Assembly: GCA_021846725.1 (NCBI GenBank)
Contig: JAJZWK010000001.1
Coordinates: 1-51,847 of the forward strand
Source of the DNA: Actinomycetes bacterium
GTDB lineage: Bacteria > Actinomycetota > Acidimicrobiia > Acidimicrobiales > JAMCPL01
DNA length: 51,847 bases
Direction: 5' to 3'
The notes under the pieces: model-generated
The model's database searches: none
Told to the model about the DNA's origin: nothing
Seen by the model: only the letters and a program-made list of their open reading frames with translations
Program-made: the position numbers and the translations under genes
Shown here: one piece after another, positions 26,135 to 34,435 of the stretch
How positions within the stretch are numbered: the first letter of the stretch is position 1
Layout: every line of letters begins with the position of its first letter

Positions 26135-27658
26135 GTGGCTAGTTCGCATAGACATCATCGTAACCTACACCCATCTGTACTATACGCACGGCTTACCGCG
26201 CAACTACGCAATTCAATAGCTACCTTGCTCGATCAGAGTCAACCTTTTGGCAGGCTCGCTCTTGTACATGTATTCTCCATTGCAGGTGATGCCATGGTAA
26301 CCATCTCGCTGGCAGGGTCACTATTCTTCTCCATCTCTCCGAACGCCGCCAAAGGCAAGATAATTCTCTACCTCCTCGTAACTATGGCACCTTTTGCCAT
26401 TGTAGCTCCGGTGCTCGGTCCGCTGGTAGACCGCTCAACCAGCGCTCGCCGGGCAATTGTGGCAATCTCTACTGCTGGAAGAGCGTTTCTCTGCCTGCTC
26501 ATGGCCAGTGACCTACATAGCCTGGCACTATTCCCAGAAGCATTCAGCATACTGGTTCTGTCACGACTTTACATGGTGACCAAATCTACCCTTGTTCCTG
26601 TACTTACCTCCGATGAATACACCGCCTCAGGCCAAGGCTCTATATCCGCCACTGGACAAGGACTCCCTCCCGATAAACACACCATCCCCAGTCAAGACCG
26701 AATAGATGATCTTTCCCCGACAAATAAACGGGGAGAACCTGGATATCATGAAGGTTTAGCTACCCGCAATGCTCAACTCTCCCTACTAGCCTCATTGGCC
26801 GGTACGGTAGGTACAACCCTGGCTGTAGGGATATTGAAGGGCGTAGGAGCTTCCTGGGTACTAAGGATAGATATATTACTCTACGCTTCAGGCATGGTGG
26901 CTGGACTTAGATTACCGCGTTATATCAGCAAAATGCGACCGAAACAGAGTCATTCCACTACTCATGTAGATGAAACCTTCCGCAATAAAATATTTGATAA
27001 AGATAGCTATCGAAATAAAGGGTCTCACGACAACTCAGAACGGCTCAGCGCTGCTCGCCAATCGCTGTGGATGAAGGCATTTGTCGACCCCGAAGTACTA
27101 CTTGGTCTGAATGTGATGTCAATCCTAAGAGCGTTGGTCGGCTTCTTTGTATTCTTGATAGCTTTTGGATTACGCAGGGAGCATGCCTCGATGTTCTGGT
27201 ACGGGTATGTACTTGTAGCTTCAGGTGCCGGATCGTTGGTCGGTATATTGCTGGTGCCGCGACTCAGGAAACGAATCAGCGAGCAGTCTTTGCTCACTGC
27301 AGCCGTATGGCTGGTGATGATAGGTGCCGGGATTACTGCTTCTTTTGGGAGTGTCATAGCTCAGGGCATACTAGCGTTCACGCTTGGCTTGGGGTCATCA
27401 GGAGCTCAGCCTGCATTTGATGCCATTGTTCAAAGGCTGGTACCGGCAATTCAACAGGGGAGAGCGTTTGCAAGATTCCAGACAAGACTTCAGCTGAGCT
27501 GGGTACTCGGTAGCCTGATATCTGTTATGGTTGCCATCCCATTCGTCTCGGGAGATATTACTGTAGCTGCTGTGGCAGGTGTAACCGGACTTTTTTACTT
27601 GGCAGGTAGATACAGTAGCAGCCAACGAACGAACAGTGGTGGCTACAGTGAAAGGTAA
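26135..27658 (+). CDS. MFS-type transporter with a large hydrophilic central loop
   Basis: About 12 hydrophobic spans surround a central loop of about 130 aa (TSDEYTASGQG...HDNSERLSAARQ). GTG start. I cannot infer a substrate. Confidence 0.7.
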   Translation: MASSHRHHRNLHPSVLYARLTAQLRNSIATLLDQSQPFGRLALVHVFSIAGDAMVTISLAGSLFFSISPNAAKGKIILYLLVTMAPFAIVAPVLGPLVDRSTSARRAIVAISTAGRAFLCLLMASDLHSLALFPEAFSILVLSRLYMVTKSTLVPVLTSDEYTASGQGSISATGQGLPPDKHTIPSQDRIDDLSPTNKRGEPGYHEGLATRNAQLSLLASLAGTVGTTLAVGILKGVGASWVLRIDILLYASGMVAGLRLPRYISKMRPKQSHSTTHVDETFRNKIFDKDSYRNKGSHDNSERLSAARQSLWMKAFVDPEVLLGLNVMSILRALVGFFVFLIAFGLRREHASMFWYGYVLVASGAGSLVGILLVPRLRKRISEQSLLTAAVWLVMIGAGITASFGSVIAQGILAFTLGLGSSGAQPAFDAIVQRLVPAIQQGRAFARFQTRLQLSWVLGSLISVMVAIPFVSGDITVAAVAGVTGLFYLAGRYSSSQRTNSGGYSER

Positions 27659-28982
27659 GGATGGTCATCTCCCCCCCGGGAACCCACCAAGTACTAACCC
27701 ACCAAGTACTAACCCACCAAGTACTAACCCAATACCATTTAAAACCACATTTCACTCCTGGAAAGATACCGCCGTTATAGGCCCAGCGCTAGCTGCGGCG
27801 ACTGCTGGCATAGGGCAATTTGGTATCACTGCTGGCTTGGCTCTCGTTGCCAAAGGATTCGGAAAACCATACAACGGTCACTCTATTACCGCTGTTGCCG
27901 GCCTATCTGGAACCTCACTCGGTATAGGGCTTGCCATTATACGCCTTGCGTCACTTCTCGCATTGCCATTGGCATCTATGGCTGACAAGCGCGGACGACG
28001 ACGAGTCATCCTGACATGCACTGCTATAGGTCTGATCATCACCGCACTGGCAGGTGCGTCACCATCTTATTGGTTCTTCGTAGTGATATTTGCTGCCGGC
28101 CGTCCATTGCTCAGTGCTACCACCTCTATCGCTCAGGTAATAGCCTCGGAAGAGACTTCCTCAAATGATCGCGCCAAGGCAATAGCTATGGTAGCCGCCG
28201 GATACGCCATGGGTGCCGGTGCTATAGCCATCTTCAATGATGTAGCATCAAAAGTAATCGGATTTAGATGGCTATTTTTTGCTGCGTTGGCGCCACTAAT
28301 AGCATTGCCATTTATCGCCCGCATGATAAGAGAACCCGATAGGTTCATAAATGCAGCACCTCAAAAGATAATGCGTAATTCAGCCATAAGGGCACTTTCG
28401 TCACAGTATCGTGCAAGGTTACTCATAATCCTCATTCTTTCCTTCGCTGTCTCATGGCTGACAGGACCAGCTGATACATTTGTATTTCTCTATGCGGAAT
28501 CTTTTTTGCACATGGCTGTTTCGAGCGTCACAACATTGATCCTCATTGCAGGAATAGTTGGCTTGGCTGGCCTGCTTGCAGGAAGGTGGCTAGCAGATCA
28601 TATGGGGCGCCGGACTACCTCCATGATGGCGCTCATGGCAATGACCACTTTTGGAATACTCATCTATAGCGGCACCAAGTTGGGTATGATAACCGGTTAC
28701 GAGATGGCAATATTCTCGGGCGGTATGTTCTCTGCTCCAGCAGGTACATTTATTCTCGAACAGTTTCCCACTCCTATACGTGCGGCTGTATCCGGGTGGC
28801 AGGTTGCGACCGGAGTCATAGGTGCCGCAGCAGGACTATTTGTTTTTGGTATAGTAGCCCACATCGGCCACAGATTTTCTGTCGCTGCTTACCTGCTCTT
28901 CCCTGGTGTGGCCGTTATGGCTATTCTCTTCCTATTTCTACAAGAAACAAAAGGAAAGGAACCGGAAGAACTATGGAAATAG
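27636..28982 (+). CDS. MFS transporter
   Basis: It has many TM spans and an MFS signature-like MADKRGRRRVIL between TM2 and TM3. The N-terminus contains (PPSTN)x3. The start is uncertain, and the ORF overlaps the upstream MFS gene by 23 nt if 27636 is used. Confidence 0.75.
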   Translation: MVATVKGKDGHLPPGNPPSTNPPSTNPPSTNPIPFKTTFHSWKDTAVIGPALAAATAGIGQFGITAGLALVAKGFGKPYNGHSITAVAGLSGTSLGIGLAIIRLASLLALPLASMADKRGRRRVILTCTAIGLIITALAGASPSYWFFVVIFAAGRPLLSATTSIAQVIASEETSSNDRAKAIAMVAAGYAMGAGAIAIFNDVASKVIGFRWLFFAALAPLIALPFIARMIREPDRFINAAPQKIMRNSAIRALSSQYRARLLIILILSFAVSWLTGPADTFVFLYAESFLHMAVSSVTTLILIAGIVGLAGLLAGRWLADHMGRRTTSMMALMAMTTFGILIYSGTKLGMITGYEMAIFSGGMFSAPAGTFILEQFPTPIRAAVSGWQVATGVIGAAAGLFVFGIVAHIGHRFSVAAYLLFPGVAVMAILFLFLQETKGKEPEELWK

Positions 28983-29791
28983 AACAATCCAATCAAAATC
29001 CCGATTCACAATATTTTATCATGGCTTTGTCGACAGAGATCCCAGGGCTATATCGGTACGCTCACTCGATTACAGGCAGTAAGGAAGAGGCAGAGGACCT
29101 TGTTGGCGACACAATAGTCAGAGCAATAGAACGAGCGGAACAATATCGAAATGAAGCGTCGCTTAAGACATGGCTTCACAGCATTCTTTACCACTTAGCA
29201 ATTGATCGCGCTCGTCACAATGCACATGAAATTAGCGTCAAGGATGTGGAAATTCTCTGGCGTGATGATTCCTACAGCGTAAACGCGGAGGCGGTTGCCG
29301 AACGTGCCGAATCAGCCGATGAACTTCGCGAAGCGCTCATCCACCTGCCACACCACTACCGTAACGCTGTCGTCCTCCACGATGGCGAGGGCTTCTCTGC
29401 AAATGAAGTAGCAGCCATCCTAGACATCTCATTACCTGCTGCCAAGCAACGCATCCGGCGAGGAAGAATGATGCTCGTGAGTGCTCTGGCACGGCAAGAA
29501 GAACGACGAGCAGCAAATGTCGGAGTTCCTCTCGGTTGCTGGGATGCCCGCGAACAGATATCTAGTTACATAGACGGTGAGCTAGATTCATCTGAACGCG
29601 CCATGCTAGAGGCTCATCTTGCCAAATGCGCTACTTGTCCACCTCTCTATCAGGCTCTTGCCGGTACCACTGTATCACTTGGTCGACTACACGATCCTAA
29701 TACCGTTATCCCAGCTACCCTAGCCGATAGGATACGTCGCTATCTCTACAGTGACCAGGCCCATAGAACGATGAACCGTGGCAGGGAATAG
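28973..29791 (+). CDS. ECF (group 4) sigma-70 factor fused to a C-terminal zinc anti-sigma (ZAS, zf-HC2) domain
   Basis: Sigma region 2 (LYRYAHSITGSKEEAEDLVGDTIVRAIE...WLHSILYHLAIDRAR) and region 4 (LPHHYRNAVVLHDGEGFSANEVAAILDISLPAAKQRIRRGR) are followed by CWDAREQISSYIDGELDSSERAMLEAHLAKCATC, which is C-x25-H-x3-C-x2-C. I chose the start at ATG 28973, which overlaps the MFS stop by 10 nt. The upstream part of the track ORF lies out of frame inside the MFS gene. Confidence 0.8.
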   Translation: MEIEQSNQNPDSQYFIMALSTEIPGLYRYAHSITGSKEEAEDLVGDTIVRAIERAEQYRNEASLKTWLHSILYHLAIDRARHNAHEISVKDVEILWRDDSYSVNAEAVAERAESADELREALIHLPHHYRNAVVLHDGEGFSANEVAAILDISLPAAKQRIRRGRMMLVSALARQEERRAANVGVPLGCWDAREQISSYIDGELDSSERAMLEAHLAKCATCPPLYQALAGTTVSLGRLHDPNTVIPATLADRIRRYLYSDQAHRTMNRGRE

Positions 29792-29989
29792 ATGATTCAG
29801 TGCATCGGTGAGACTAAGCTACAACATACTACCTGCGACGAAATGGTATATGAAATTACCAGTATATGAGACTACCATAGCTTATTGGAGGTACTGGACA
29901 GTGATTGTATCCTTTTTCTGATCCTATACGTCTATGAAATAGACAAAACAAGAACGATTAAGTTCAAAGGAGAAAAAGGAGAAAATACA

Positions 29990-30241
29990 ATGAATAGAAA
30001 TATGGGAAATACAGATAGAGCACTCAGGACTATCTTGGGAATAGGGGCGGTTGCAGGCAGTGGAGTACTTGGATTCGGCACAGGATGGGGGATCGTACTA
30101 CTGGTAGTTGCAGCCGTTATGTTGCTTACATCGGCAATTGGATATTGCCCATTGTACAGCTTATTCGGTATTGACACGACCTGTTCAACTAGTGCCACAA
30201 CCGACAAACACCATACATTTCACCTACACCGGACAGCATAA
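29990..30241 (+). CDS. DUF2892 (YgaP-like) small membrane protein
   Basis: MNRNMGNTDRALRTILGIGAVAG...LLTSAIGYCPLYSLFGIDT matches the DUF2892 pattern (DR..R...G, two TM segments, G.CP.Y...G..T). An AAGGAG RBS lies upstream of ATG 29990. Confidence 0.65.
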   Translation: MNRNMGNTDRALRTILGIGAVAGSGVLGFGTGWGIVLLVVAAVMLLTSAIGYCPLYSLFGIDTTCSTSATTDKHHTFHLHRTA

Positions 30242-30306
30242 TAGTAACAAGACCATATCTAATAATCTACATTAGGTAATATCGATTTATCTGCAATTTA
30301 CTTCGT

Positions 30307-30681
30307 TCAAGTATGGGCACTATTTTGGAAACTCAGGCAGGAAGAATTAATACAATATCTTTTCCCGGTGGCATCTTTTGGACCATCGTCGAAAACATGA
30401 CCGAGATGGGCTTTACATCGAGCGCATAATACCTCAGTTCTTATCATGCCGTGAGATCTATCTAGTCGTAAAACGATATTATTCATATTCACGGGTTCCG
30501 TAAAACTTGGCCACCCTGTCTGGCTGTCGAATTTAGCGTTGCTGCTGAACAATACCAGCCCACAATTCTTGCACTGAAAATTTCCTGGACGTTTTTCATA
30601 TAACAGTTCACCTGAAAATGGAGCTTCGGTTCCTCCTTCAAACATGATATGTTTTTCCAAGTCCGTTAAATTGCTATCCAT
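30307..30681 (-). CDS. msrB: Peptide-methionine (R)-S-oxide reductase
   Basis: Contains two CxxC zinc pairs (CKNCG, CARCKAHLGHVF), GWPSF, and the catalytic RYCINS. Confidence 0.92.
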   Translation of the reverse strand: MDSNLTDLEKHIMFEGGTEAPFSGELLYEKRPGNFQCKNCGLVLFSSNAKFDSQTGWPSFTEPVNMNNIVLRLDRSHGMIRTEVLCARCKAHLGHVFDDGPKDATGKRYCINSSCLSFQNSAHT

Positions 30682-30687
30682 AATTCA

Positions 30688-30693
30688 ATTATA
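30688..30693 (-). promoter_or_regulatory. Candidate -10 box (TATAAT) placing the msrB ATG at the transcript 5' end (leaderless)
   Basis: The minus strand reads TATAAT-TGAATT-ATG, with 6 nt between the hexamer and the start codon and no room for an SD sequence. Confidence 0.35.
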
Positions 30694-30982
30694 TGACATA
30701 TAAACAAGGAATCCTGATTTCACGTTGTAATGAGTCTCGTCCACATTGTCCTCCGTACTCCATACTTATCAGCTACATTGAGTATCAAACATCAGTACTA
30801 CAGATCTTACAGACATGACAGATCTACACTAGCTAGATAGTGTTTTCTTCGGTCGTACTGTACACGTGCTATACATTAAACATCAGGATTCACCAACTCT
30901 CGCCCTATTACAAAGCACTGGGTAATATGATGCCATTAATGTGGTGCCATTGATGAGATACTAAACTGGCATAGGAATAGAT

Positions 30983-31825
30983 ATGAATGAAAATGACACC
31001 ATTGATGCAGGCAACAGTAAGGTTAATACAGGCAACAGTCAGGTTTGGCTAATCGACCTCGATGGAGTCGTATGGTTAGCGGGAGAACCGATAGAGGGAG
31101 TAGGACAAGCGATCGAAACAGTTCAAGACTCCGGAAGAAAGGTAGTGTTCGTTACCAACAACTCCGGTCCGACCAAAGATACCTTCATTGCCAGATTGCA
31201 TAGAGCCGGTATAAAAGTTGGTCGAGAAAGTATATTAACTGCATCCGACGCGGCAGCTAGTCTACTCGAGCAGGGAGAGAATGTATACCTATGGGGAGAA
31301 GATGGCCTACTGGAGGCTGTCGAAACCAAGAAAGTTACCATCGTCGGTGATCCGCAGAAAGCTACTACCGTGATCATTGGCTGGAGCACTCACTTTGACT
31401 TCGATCAACTTGCCAGGGTATCCAGCGCTATCAGCAGTGGTGCAAGATATATCGGGACCAATGATGACCCGACGCACCCTACCCCTCATGGTTTGCTACC
31501 GGGTACCGGTGCCTTACTGGCTGCTGTATCAGCAGCCAGCCATACACAGCCAATAATGGCCGGAAAACCACATGATCCGATGGTACGAATGGTAAGAGAC
31601 ATGGCAATCGGAGAATTAGAGCTGGTCATAGGAGATAGGCCTTCTACTGATGGTCTCTTTGCGACAAAGCTTGGATTGCCGTTCGCCCTTGTTGGCTCAG
31701 ATGCTACAGCTAAAGAAGGAGACAGGAAAGGGGTCAATCCGGAGTATCGCGCAGGTAGCTTACTGGATATAGTAGAACTCATACTTGGTGAAAACGGGAG
31801 AGCGAGTTCACAGCTTCAGCCTTGA
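30983..31825 (+). CDS. HAD-superfamily subfamily IIA hydrolase (NagD/sugar-phosphatase-like)
   Basis: Contains LIDLDGVVW (DxDG), VFVTNNS, and a C-terminal GDRPSTDG. It is positioned upstream of tlyA, as in mycobacteria (from memory). Confidence 0.8.
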   Translation: MNENDTIDAGNSKVNTGNSQVWLIDLDGVVWLAGEPIEGVGQAIETVQDSGRKVVFVTNNSGPTKDTFIARLHRAGIKVGRESILTASDAAASLLEQGENVYLWGEDGLLEAVETKKVTIVGDPQKATTVIIGWSTHFDFDQLARVSSAISSGARYIGTNDDPTHPTPHGLLPGTGALLAAVSAASHTQPIMAGKPHDPMVRMVRDMAIGELELVIGDRPSTDGLFATKLGLPFALVGSDATAKEGDRKGVNPEYRAGSLLDIVELILGENGRASSQLQP

Positions 31826-32682
31826 AAAGGCACAACAGCGCGATTGCAGGCCTAATTCGTAAGGATAGGAAAGATAGGAGGGACATAATTACACTGACAA
31901 AACACGTCTCGCAAGCTACTGACTTTAGTCATAGAAAGGATGTCAACTCAGCAACATGGACATGGGAACAATTTGAAAAAGCATCACCATGGGTATACAA
32001 TACATTCATGGCACGAATGGATGAATTTAGGCGGTATATAGAGGCGGCATCTTCGCTTGGAGAGATAACCCGCTCCAAAGCAGAGGCACTTGTAAAAGAG
32101 CTTGCAGCGTCTGGAGAGATAGAGCGAACACATACCAAAGAGTGGGTAAATACCCTGGTCAAAGAGAGCAAGAAACGTTCAGACTTTGTGGTCGACCAGA
32201 TTCGCAAGGAGATCAATAGACAGATTTCCGATCTCAAGATTCAAACTACAGAAGAGGCCGTACGGCGTGTACTCAAGATAGTAACAGATGACAGCAAATT
32301 ATCATCGCTCAGAGATATAGGTAAGCGTGCCATCAATGACGTAATGGGTGCCACTATAGCGGGTAGCTCAAGGATAGGTAGGGAGAAGGGAGAAACACAG
32401 GGAGGTAGCAATACCAATGAAACAAGAGAAGATTCATCTGCGCCCGTATCTAAGCCTCCGGCAAAAAAATCGACCACCAAAGCAAAGACTTCAGGCAGTG
32501 CTGTAGCAAATACTTCAGGAGCTACCAGATCGCCTGCTAAGACATCCACAAGATCGTCTACAAAGGCACCTACCAAATCATCTACCAAAGCATCAACAGC
32601 TAAGTCGGCTGCCCGCAATTCCAGATCTGCAACAACTACAAGGTCATCAAGTTCTACTACTAGAACTTCGCCAAAGCAGTAG
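31822..32682 (+). CDS. Phasin-like (COG3937-type) helical protein with a Ser/Thr/Lys/Ala-rich basic tail
   Basis: LGEITRSKAEALVKELAASGEIERTHTKEWVNTLVKESKKRSDFVVDQIRKEINRQISDL resembles the PHA-granule/phasin-like regulator family. The start is uncertain (TTG 31822 or ATG 32008). Confidence 0.55.
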   Translation: MKRHNSAIAGLIRKDRKDRRDIITLTKHVSQATDFSHRKDVNSATWTWEQFEKASPWVYNTFMARMDEFRRYIEAASSLGEITRSKAEALVKELAASGEIERTHTKEWVNTLVKESKKRSDFVVDQIRKEINRQISDLKIQTTEEAVRRVLKIVTDDSKLSSLRDIGKRAINDVMGATIAGSSRIGREKGETQGGSNTNETREDSSAPVSKPPAKKSTTKAKTSGSAVANTSGATRSPAKTSTRSSTKAPTKSSTKASTAKSAARNSRSATTTRSSSSTTRTSPKQ

Positions 32683-32689
32683 GCTAGGA

Positions 32690-33631
32690 ATCACGCACAG
32701 GCGTCTGGATCTAAGACTAGTTGAATTGAAGCTTGCTCGTTCAAGAGAGCAGGCGCACGACCTGATATATTCAAATAATGTACTTGTAAATGGTTCGGTG
32801 GCACTCAAGCCTTCTCGGCAAGTGGCTATATCTGACCATATACATATCACCAGTCCGGCCAACGAAGGTTTTGTCTCAAGAGGCGGAGTAAAATTGGAAT
32901 TTGCTCTGAACAATTTTGGCATCGATCCGAATTCACTGAGGTGCCTTGATGCTGGTGCTTCAACGGGGGGGTTCACGCATTGCCTGCTGAACAAGGGGGC
33001 GAAGGAGGTGGTAGCCGTAGATGTCGGATATCGCCAACTCCATGAACAACTAGCCAAAGATAATCGTGTCTTTGTCATGGATCGTACAAACATAAGATAT
33101 TTGGATGAATCCTTGCTCGGCAACCGTCCCTTCGATCTGGCAGTTTGCGATCTATCGTTTATATCGTTGCGTATCCTAGTACCTGTGTTCACAGGCAGTA
33201 TGCTAAAATCAAACTCATGTCTGGTACTACTTGTCAAGCCTCAATTCGAAGCAGGACGAAAGATCGTATCACAGGGGAAGGGAATAGTAAGGGATCCGCT
33301 AGTGCATGAAAGTGTACTTATAGATGTATCGAACGCCTATATAGATGCTGGATGCAGCATAGAAGGAGTAGTTCCATCTCCTATTAAGGGCGCTAAAGGC
33401 AATATTGAATACTTTCTCCATCTGCACAACGGTACCGGCTCGAATGGCTGTTCTCGGTTTTCACAACATACACATACACATGCACGTATACAAGCACATG
33501 CGCCGGAGTACAAGCTAGAGCGTAGCCAAGCAGACAGCCAACAGTACAGCCTGGAACACGTTCAACAATACAACCCAGAGCACGCTATAGCAGATGCAGT
33601 CAGGGAGGCCTACGATAAATGGCTCGTGTAG
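32690..33631 (+). CDS. tlyA: TlyA-family rRNA (cytidine-2'-O)-methyltransferase, start codon apparently non-canonical
   Basis: An S4 domain is followed by the FtsJ fold (CLDAGASTGGFTHCLL, DVGYRQL, DLSFISL, LVKPQFE). The conserved N-terminal RRLDLRLVE is encoded in frame upstream of the first canonical start (TTG 32726). Candidate starts are ATC 32690 or CTG 32705. Confidence 0.85.
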   Translation: MTHRRLDLRLVELKLARSREQAHDLIYSNNVLVNGSVALKPSRQVAISDHIHITSPANEGFVSRGGVKLEFALNNFGIDPNSLRCLDAGASTGGFTHCLLNKGAKEVVAVDVGYRQLHEQLAKDNRVFVMDRTNIRYLDESLLGNRPFDLAVCDLSFISLRILVPVFTGSMLKSNSCLVLLVKPQFEAGRKIVSQGKGIVRDPLVHESVLIDVSNAYIDAGCSIEGVVPSPIKGAKGNIEYFLHLHNGTGSNGCSRFSQHTHTHARIQAHAPEYKLERSQADSQQYSLEHVQQYNPEHAIADAVREAYDKWLV

Positions 33632-34428
33632 CTTTTCTGGCACATAGCGGAATTGATAAAGCGACAACTATTGCTCACAGAGGTGGAGACTGGCTATCTG
33701 ATCACGGTCACACAGCGTTTACGATAATGGATACATCAGAGATAGATTCATATGTCGGGAGTATGGACCTGCTGGTAGGTCTAGGAGGCGACGGAACTAT
33801 GCTGCGGGCTATGGAAATAGCCTATGCTCTGGGGGTACCCGTAATGGGAGTAAATTTGGGTCGGCTTGGTTACCTTACCGAGGTGGACCCTTCCGGCCTT
33901 GAAACAGCACTAGAACGATTCCTTGATGGACGTTACGATATTGAAGAGAGAATGGTACTCGAGGTAAATACAGAAGATAAGCAATATATGGCCATGAACG
34001 AAGCCGTACTGGAAAAAATCCAGCCTGGCCATACTGTCCTCGTGTCGGCTTACATTGCAGAAAAACATTTTTTGACTTATGCAGCTGACGGTATAGTTAT
34101 CTGCAGTGCTACGGGATCTACCGCGTATAATCTTTCACTTCGCGGTCCAATACTCTCTCCTCGACTCAGAGCCATGGTAATGACACCAATATCGCCTCAT
34201 ATGCTTTTTGATAGGTCACTGGTGCTCGAGCCTGACGAAGATGTCACGCTCAAAATTGAAGGCACCAGACCGGCAACTTTCCTTATAGACGGTAAAGAGA
34301 TAAGCAGTATAGAGCCTGGTGGGGAAGTGCGATGCAGAGGATCTTCGCAACCGGTTAGGGTCGTCAAAATGGACGGGACAGACCTTAGAAGTGTGTTGAA
34401 AGATAAATTCGGGTTGATGGATAGATGA
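33619..34428 (+). CDS. nadK: NAD kinase
   Basis: GGDGTMLRA, NLGRLGYLTE, and SATGSTAYNLSLRGPILSP are present. It overlaps the tlyA 3' end by 13 nt. Confidence 0.9.
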   Translation: MARVAFLAHSGIDKATTIAHRGGDWLSDHGHTAFTIMDTSEIDSYVGSMDLLVGLGGDGTMLRAMEIAYALGVPVMGVNLGRLGYLTEVDPSGLETALERFLDGRYDIEERMVLEVNTEDKQYMAMNEAVLEKIQPGHTVLVSAYIAEKHFLTYAADGIVICSATGSTAYNLSLRGPILSPRLRAMVMTPISPHMLFDRSLVLEPDEDVTLKIEGTRPATFLIDGKEISSIEPGGEVRCRGSSQPVRVVKMDGTDLRSVLKDKFGLMDR

Positions 34429-34435
34429 TTGGAAG

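Noticed and set aside
28796-28972. N-terminal extension of the sigma-factor ORF (track start 28796) and, similarly, of xerD (38384), thiG (6868), the response regulator (23832) and the DUF2892 gene (29885)
   Set aside because: The extensions overlap the 3' ends of upstream genes out of frame or add non-conserved residues before the family N-termini. The internal starts fit orthologue lengths, and fit RBS positions where one is visible.
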